NCBI GenBank assembly: GCA_041562555.1
Contig: JBFEXS010000012.1
Coordinates: forward strand, 1 to 33,931
Length of the DNA: 33,931 nucleotides
Origin: Sulfurimonadaceae bacterium
Lineage (GTDB): Bacteria; Campylobacterota; Campylobacteria; Campylobacterales; Sulfurimonadaceae
Reading direction: 5' to 3'
The notes beneath the pieces are model-generated. The model was not told the origin of the DNA. It ran no database searches and saw only the letters and a list, made by a program, of their open reading frames with translations. The translations under genes and the position numbers were made by a program. This document shows positions 28,922 through 33,931 of this stretch, one piece after another. The stretch's first letter is position 1; each line of letters starts with the position of its first letter.

Positions 28922-31900
28922 GAAGTGTAATACTTTTAATCACTTTAGTCGCATCATTGTGGGCTATTGATACGGGGAACCTGACATTTTTCCTTATGAA
29001 AGAGGGTAAACCACTTGCCAATCAACAGGTTGTTATCTTTAAAAAATCGGAAACGGCATTAATCGAGATGCCAAGTACCTTTGATCGTCATGCTGATTTT
29101 ATTACAGACAATGACGGTTATTTGAACACCGTCCTTCCGGTGGGTACATATCAACTGCAGGTACTTGCAAAAGAACAGGGAAAAGCGCAGGCGTTCATCA
29201 AGAAGCCTTTTGTAATCGAGAAAAACAAAGAGTCTCAGATCATCGTTTCACTACAGGAAGATGATACAGTAGCTTTTGAAGATGCTGAGACGCCTGATGT
29301 TGTCGAAGACGCCGTTGATGAAAATGCAACCGCAAAAGAGAAGGGGTCTGTACTTATCAGCCTTGTTTCCGCAGAAGATGCCGCACCGATAAAAGATGCG
29401 CGTATTTTTGTACAAGGTCTTAGTCTTGATGTGACATCAGATGCCAAGGGAAGCGTGAGTCTTGATTTGACTGAGGGTGAACATACCCTTTCCATTATCC
29501 ATTCTAACTTTTCTGCACAGACAGTTAAGGTGACCGTGATCGCTCATGAGACAATCAACAAGTCCTATGAACTGTCACCATCATCTATGGAATTAGAAGA
29601 GTTTGTTGTCTTGGCACCACAAGTGGAAGGTTCTGTTGCAGCCGTGATGGCAGAAGAAAGAAACAGTGAAAGTATCGCGAATATCGTCGGTGCTGAACAG
29701 ATGGCTAGACAGGGTGACTCCAATGCTGCCGCAGCACTTAAGCGTGTTGCAGGTATTACATTGATCGGCGGAAAAGATATTTATGTACGTGGTCTTGGTG
29801 ATCGTTATTCAGCTACAGAGTTGAATGGGATGGCACTTCCATCACCTAATCCTATCAAGCGTACAATTCCTTTGGATATGTTTCCATCAAGTATCATTGG
29901 AAGTCTTGAAGTTCAAAAAACTGCCTCACCGGATATTACATCATCGTTTGGTGGTGGATATGTCAATATCCGTACGAAAAAGTCTACGGATGAGGATTAT
30001 GTAAAATTAAAGGTCGGTGCAAAGATGCATGACTCTTATGGGGATTCTGCGATCACTCATGAGGGTGGTATTGATGATTGGACAGGATATGATCACTCTT
30101 TCCGTCCTTTCCCGGGTCAATTCGTGCAGGATTCACAACCTGTTGTAGGACAACCAGACCCGAACCTTGAACTTACGAATCCGGAAGTACAGTATATGCT
30201 TCAACAAAGAGATGTTAATCGCCAGAGCGAGTCGGTGCCAATTGGGACAGAGTTTGGAATGGAAGTCGGTACGAGTTATGTTTTCTCTGATGAGCATGAA
30301 CTTAACATCTTGGCGACTTATGAGTATAAGTCTGAGGCGAACCTCAGAAACTATACGTCATATGATTATCTGATCTCCAGCACGGGTGAGATTCAAAGTA
30401 GAGATAATACAGCAGTGAATAACCTGTATAGAACAACAATTCAACATGGTGGTATTTTGAATGCCAGTTATCGTTTGAACAACTTTGATTTTGGATATAC
30501 ACTGCTTTATGTATTGAATACTTTGGATCAAACACGTGATATTCAGGGTACCTTTGGTGAAAACAATTCGGATGAGCTTCAAACCTATTTTGAGTGGCAA
30601 GAACGTGAATTGATGGTCAACCAGTTTAATGGCGGGTTGGATTATGACCTGCTCATTGATAACCGTTTTAATTTTGGGGCTGAATTCGCCAAGGCAAGTG
30701 AATATGTTCCAAATGATGTCCAATATAACTATATTCGAAACTCAACAGCGGAGCCGTATCAATTCAAACGTAGAGAAAGTCAATTGGTTTATGATAACCG
30801 GGAGACAAATGACGACCTGTTTAGCTTTTATGTTAACAACCGTTCGATGATTGATCTCTTCAGTGAAGAAGATTATGTTGAACTTGGTGCTATGAGTGAG
30901 CAAAAAGAGCGTGAATACAGACGTGTCCAACTTCAGGTAAGAAGTCTTATCAGTAATGCAGACCCGGTTACGTACACAGGAAATGTAAATGATATCATCA
31001 ATGAAGGTGATGGCAGTAATCTTGATATCAGTTTGACATCTCAACCCAAAGATCAATATGATTCAGATTCAGAACGAAGTGCACTTTACTTTAAAAGTAT
31101 GATCAAACCAAGGGATGATCTTGATATCACTTTTGGTCTACGCCAAGTTGATTTTGAACAGAATGTTGACCAGTTCGTGGTGCAAAACACTTTAGTTACC
31201 ACGGAAAAGAATACTTTGGCATTTCAAAAGTCATTACCGAGTTTATCCGCAAAATATGCCCTTGATGACAGTAATCAGTTGAGACTTGCATACTCTGAAA
31301 CGTACGTTGCACCGGATATCAGAGAGTTTGTTAACTCGGAGTTTATTCACCCGGTATATCTGGCAAAGATCTCGGGTAATCCTGATCTGATAGAGACGGA
31401 TATCATGAGTTTGGATGCACGATATGAGTACTATTTCAATCCGACGGATATGTTTAGTTTTGCATTGTTTTACAAAGACATGGAAAACCCTATTGAAGAT
31501 ACACGTACGGATACAACAGGTACGATCGCACGTTTTTCATTTCATAATGCTGCGTCTGCAGAGCTGGGTGGTTTAGAGTTAAGCTGGTATAAGCATCTTG
31601 ACTTTATCTCTTCATGGCTAGACAATGTGATCTTTTCTGGAAACTATACCCATATCCAGTCATCTGTCGATCTGACCGAGGAGCAAAAGGCGACATTGGT
31701 AACACAGGAGAGAGATCTGCAAGGTCTGTCTCCAAACGTGATCAATCTTGCCTTATCTTATGAAGATGTAGGTGACCGTGTTGTGACACTTTCTTATAAT
31801 AAGATGGATGAACGTCTTATGCGTGTTGCTATTAAAAACGGTAACGTAATCCTAGGTCTGGATGATTATGAGATCCCGCCTGACCTTGTGGATTTTACCT

Positions 31901-32064
31901 GGATTGAAAATTTCAGATCGAAAAGTTTTGATACGAATTTTGCTTTGACCTTCAAAGCAAAAAACCTGTTAGATGATGAGACAACATGGCAGCAAGGTGG
32001 GGAAACTACACTTACCTATAAGACAGGTCGTTCGTATTCACTATCATTAAGTGCTAAATTCTAA
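28918..32064 (+). CDS. TonB-dependent receptor with an N-terminal carboxypeptidase-regulatory/Ig-like extension
   Basis: Plug motifs GDSNAAAALKRVAG, YVRGLGDRY, PLDMFP, GGYVNI; barrel motifs GNPDL.ET and KNLLD; terminal Phe; about 220 aa of extra N-terminal beta domains. Confidence 0.93.
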   Translation: MRSVILLITLVASLWAIDTGNLTFFLMKEGKPLANQQVVIFKKSETALIEMPSTFDRHADFITDNDGYLNTVLPVGTYQLQVLAKEQGKAQAFIKKPFVIEKNKESQIIVSLQEDDTVAFEDAETPDVVEDAVDENATAKEKGSVLISLVSAEDAAPIKDARIFVQGLSLDVTSDAKGSVSLDLTEGEHTLSIIHSNFSAQTVKVTVIAHETINKSYELSPSSMELEEFVVLAPQVEGSVAAVMAEERNSESIANIVGAEQMARQGDSNAAAALKRVAGITLIGGKDIYVRGLGDRYSATELNGMALPSPNPIKRTIPLDMFPSSIIGSLEVQKTASPDITSSFGGGYVNIRTKKSTDEDYVKLKVGAKMHDSYGDSAITHEGGIDDWTGYDHSFRPFPGQFVQDSQPVVGQPDPNLELTNPEVQYMLQQRDVNRQSESVPIGTEFGMEVGTSYVFSDEHELNILATYEYKSEANLRNYTSYDYLISSTGEIQSRDNTAVNNLYRTTIQHGGILNASYRLNNFDFGYTLLYVLNTLDQTRDIQGTFGENNSDELQTYFEWQERELMVNQFNGGLDYDLLIDNRFNFGAEFAKASEYVPNDVQYNYIRNSTAEPYQFKRRESQLVYDNRETNDDLFSFYVNNRSMIDLFSEEDYVELGAMSEQKEREYRRVQLQVRSLISNADPVTYTGNVNDIINEGDGSNLDISLTSQPKDQYDSDSERSALYFKSMIKPRDDLDITFGLRQVDFEQNVDQFVVQNTLVTTEKNTLAFQKSLPSLSAKYALDDSNQLRLAYSETYVAPDIREFVNSEFIHPVYLAKISGNPDLIETDIMSLDARYEYYFNPTDMFSFALFYKDMENPIEDTRTDTTGTIARFSFHNAASAELGGLELSWYKHLDFISSWLDNVIFSGNYTHIQSSVDLTEEQKATLVTQERDLQGLSPNVINLALSYEDVGDRVVTLSYNKMDERLMRVAIKNGNVILGLDDYEIPPDLVDFTWIENFRSKSFDTNFALTFKAKNLLDDETTWQQGGETTLTYKTGRSYSLSLSAKF

Positions 32065-32067
32065 AAG

Positions 32068-32508
32068 ATGAAAAAGCTTTTAGCGCTTTCTATCTTGATA
32101 GTCAGCTCTTGCTTTTCGGGTACCTTGATCGATGAGCGTACATATCTCATGTGGCAGGATGTCCCTGAAAACAAGGGTGTTATCCATACATGGAAAGATG
32201 CCAAAGAGTATTGTGAAGAACTGGACGAAGGGGGCTACGATGATTGGTGGCTTCCTTCAGAGGCTGAGCTAGTCAGTATTGTCGATACAAGCCGTTCCAA
32301 GGGACGAATGATCTTAAAGGGTTTTATCTATTTCAAGCCCCGATATTACTGGACATCAACGACGTATGCATGGAATGCACCGCATGCCTGGGCGATCTCA
32401 TTTAAAGACGGATTTTCAATCTCAGTTGAAAAAGAACGACAGCTTCATGCGCGGTGTGTACGCTGTTCTGACTTTAAACTCTGTTTGGAATATTTTTATG
32501 AAAAATAG
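32068..32508 (+). CDS. DUF1566 (Lcl C-terminal, C-type-lectin-like) exported protein
   Basis: LMWQ, W.DA..YC..L..GGYDDW.LP...EL.SI, YWTST, AW..SF..G, RCVR; starts 3 bp after the receptor stop. Confidence 0.88.
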   Translation: MKKLLALSILIVSSCFSGTLIDERTYLMWQDVPENKGVIHTWKDAKEYCEELDEGGYDDWWLPSEAELVSIVDTSRSKGRMILKGFIYFKPRYYWTSTTYAWNAPHAWAISFKDGFSISVEKERQLHARCVRCSDFKLCLEYFYEK

Positions 32509-32583
32509 TCTTGGCTAATCATTTATACTTCCATAACTTGATATACTACACATACTAATTATTTTAATCAAAAGGAATTATAT

Positions 32584-32925
32584 ATGCAGATCAATTATGG
32601 TCCTTATATTATCAAAACACACGAACTGGACAATAAGTTGTCTGTACAGGTTGTCTCCGAGCTTGGTGATGTGAGTATGAGAGCAGAGAACAACCGTGAC
32701 CACGACTTTCCGAATGCTATCTGTTTCTATATTAATAATATTGATCAAAAGCCTGAACCCAAAGGACTGAAAAAGTACTCCTTTGGCGAGTATACCTTTG
32801 TACTTGGGATCAATAATCTGGGTGAACTCTTTTTATTCCACAGTGTCCGTTTGACAGTCGGTAAGAAGGTGATTGACGGCAAAGACACTCTGACTCTGGC
32901 ATTTTTGAAAGACCCTAAAGCTTAG
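32584..32925 (+). CDS. Hypothetical protein
   Basis: AAAGGA RBS; 113-aa ORF with no recognised motif. Confidence 0.65.
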   Translation: MQINYGPYIIKTHELDNKLSVQVVSELGDVSMRAENNRDHDFPNAICFYINNIDQKPEPKGLKKYSFGEYTFVLGINNLGELFLFHSVRLTVGKKVIDGKDTLTLAFLKDPKA

Positions 32926-32928
32926 GAA

Positions 32929-33931
32929 ATGATACGCTTTTTTGTCATATCTGTCATCTTCGTTATATTTATAGCAGGATGTTCTTATACTCCAGCCCAA
33001 CCTCTGAAAGTAGAGCCGTCTGAGACAACACTCAGCTACCTGAATGATATCAAACCTATTTTAGATAAACGTTGTGTGACCTGTCACTCCTGTTATAACT
33101 CTCCCTGTCAGGCAAAACTTAGCTCCTTTGAGGGGATAGACCGGGGGGCTAGCAAGGAGAAGGTCTACCTGACAGAGCGTCTTTTTGCCCAGGAGCCGAC
33201 ACGTCTTTTTATCGATGCCAATAGTACACAGCAGTGGCGGGAAAAGAAGTTTTATTCATTAATAGATGATAACTCCGGTTCGGGTCTGAATAATTCGGTG
33301 ATGGGGCATATGCTTGATCTTAAGCAGGAACATCCTGAAGTCTATGGCGAGTATGCGCCGGAGTATGATGAGCTGATCTGTCCGCAAAGCCTGGAAGAGG
33401 TCTCTGAGTACCGGGATGATAAAAAGCGTCACGGTATGCCTTATGGTTTTCCGGCACTAAGCAGCAAAGAGCACAAGATAATGATGGCCTGGCTGGAGCA
33501 GGGGGCTCATGGTCCGGAAGCACTTTGGGATACCTTGCAAAAAGAACCCTCATCTCCTGCAGTCAAAGAGATAGCAAGATGGGAAGCCTTTTTAAACACC
33601 GATACGATCAAGCACAGGTTAAGTGCACGGTATCTATATGAACATTACTTTTTAGCCCATATCAATTTTAAGAGTGCACCGAGGGAATTTTATCGTCTAG
33701 TACGCTCTTTGACACCTGCTCCCATTGCTATAGATGAGATTGCTACACTTAGACCCTATGATGATCCAAAGACGCAGAAGTTTTATTATCGATTTGAAAA
33801 GATACATTCAACGATTGTGCACAAGACCCATATTGTCCTACAGTTTGATGAGAAAGAGTTGGGATTTATTCAACAACATTTTATTGATGCCGAGTGGATA
33901 GAAAAACCTCATGACATGGGATACTCTTCCG
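32929..33931 (+). CDS. cti: Fatty acid cis/trans isomerase (heme c lipoprotein), truncated by the window end
   Basis: Translated by hand: lipobox IAGC, IKPILDKRCVTCHSCYNSPCQAKLSSFEGIDRGASK, PTRLFIDA, GMPYGFP, RYLYEH.FLAH, IATLRPYDDP. Frame open to the end; absent from the ORF track. Confidence 0.9.
   Translation, partial: MIRFFVISVIFVIFIAGCSYTPAQPLKVEPSETTLSYLNDIKPILDKRCVTCHSCYNSPCQAKLSSFEGIDRGASKEKVYLTERLFAQEPTRLFIDANSTQQWREKKFYSLIDDNSGSGLNNSVMGHMLDLKQEHPEVYGEYAPEYDELICPQSLEEVSEYRDDKKRHGMPYGFPALSSKEHKIMMAWLEQGAHGPEALWDTLQKEPSSPAVKEIARWEAFLNTDTIKHRLSARYLYEHYFLAHINFKSAPREFYRLVRSLTPAPIAIDEIATLRPYDDPKTQKFYYRFEKIHSTIVHKTHIVLQFDEKELGFIQQHFIDAEWIEKPHDMGYSS

Noticed and set aside
32068..32508. DUF1566 protein as a diversity-generating retroelement target
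   Set aside because: No reverse transcriptase and no template-repeat copy of its 3' end is visible in the window
33320..33553. 77-aa minus-strand ORF
   Set aside because: Antisense shadow of the cti gene, whose plus-strand frame is open to the window end

Overview
Chromosomal window from a Campylobacterota (epsilon-proteobacterium), most likely Sulfurimonas/Sulfurovum-like, judged from gene content and order. The left 20.6 kb is mostly the conserved Campylobacterota block: uppP, a methyltransferase, a class V aminotransferase, hisZ, purA, fliJ-like, motE-like, DUF507, carA, a TauE/DsbD_2 membrane protein, ccoNOQP with four accessory genes, and addB-addA. Two AT-rich membrane-protein genes are inserted into this block. 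The right part (20.8-32.5 kb) is an accessory module. An orphan PhoB/OmpR-type regulator is divergent from a 727-aa lipoprotein made of two tandem beta-helix-like repeats. These are followed by a six-gene Vibrio TtpC/TonB2-type energizer operon, a large TonB-dependent receptor and a DUF1566 protein. Three promoters in this module share a Pho-box-like layout, with 7-bp half-sites on an approximately 11-bp period ending exactly 10 bp before a -10 hexamer. This suggests a phosphate-starvation-controlled outer-membrane scavenging system, the best candidate for an undescribed system here. Other points of interest are a (KCGxG)n Cys tail on the TauE-like protein, a perfect 7-1-7 Fur-type box before ccoN, a Cys-containing insert in CcoP, and two small ORFs missing from the ORF track. 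The window ends inside a fatty acid cis/trans isomerase gene. All family calls come from motif recognition by eye; no database search was run.
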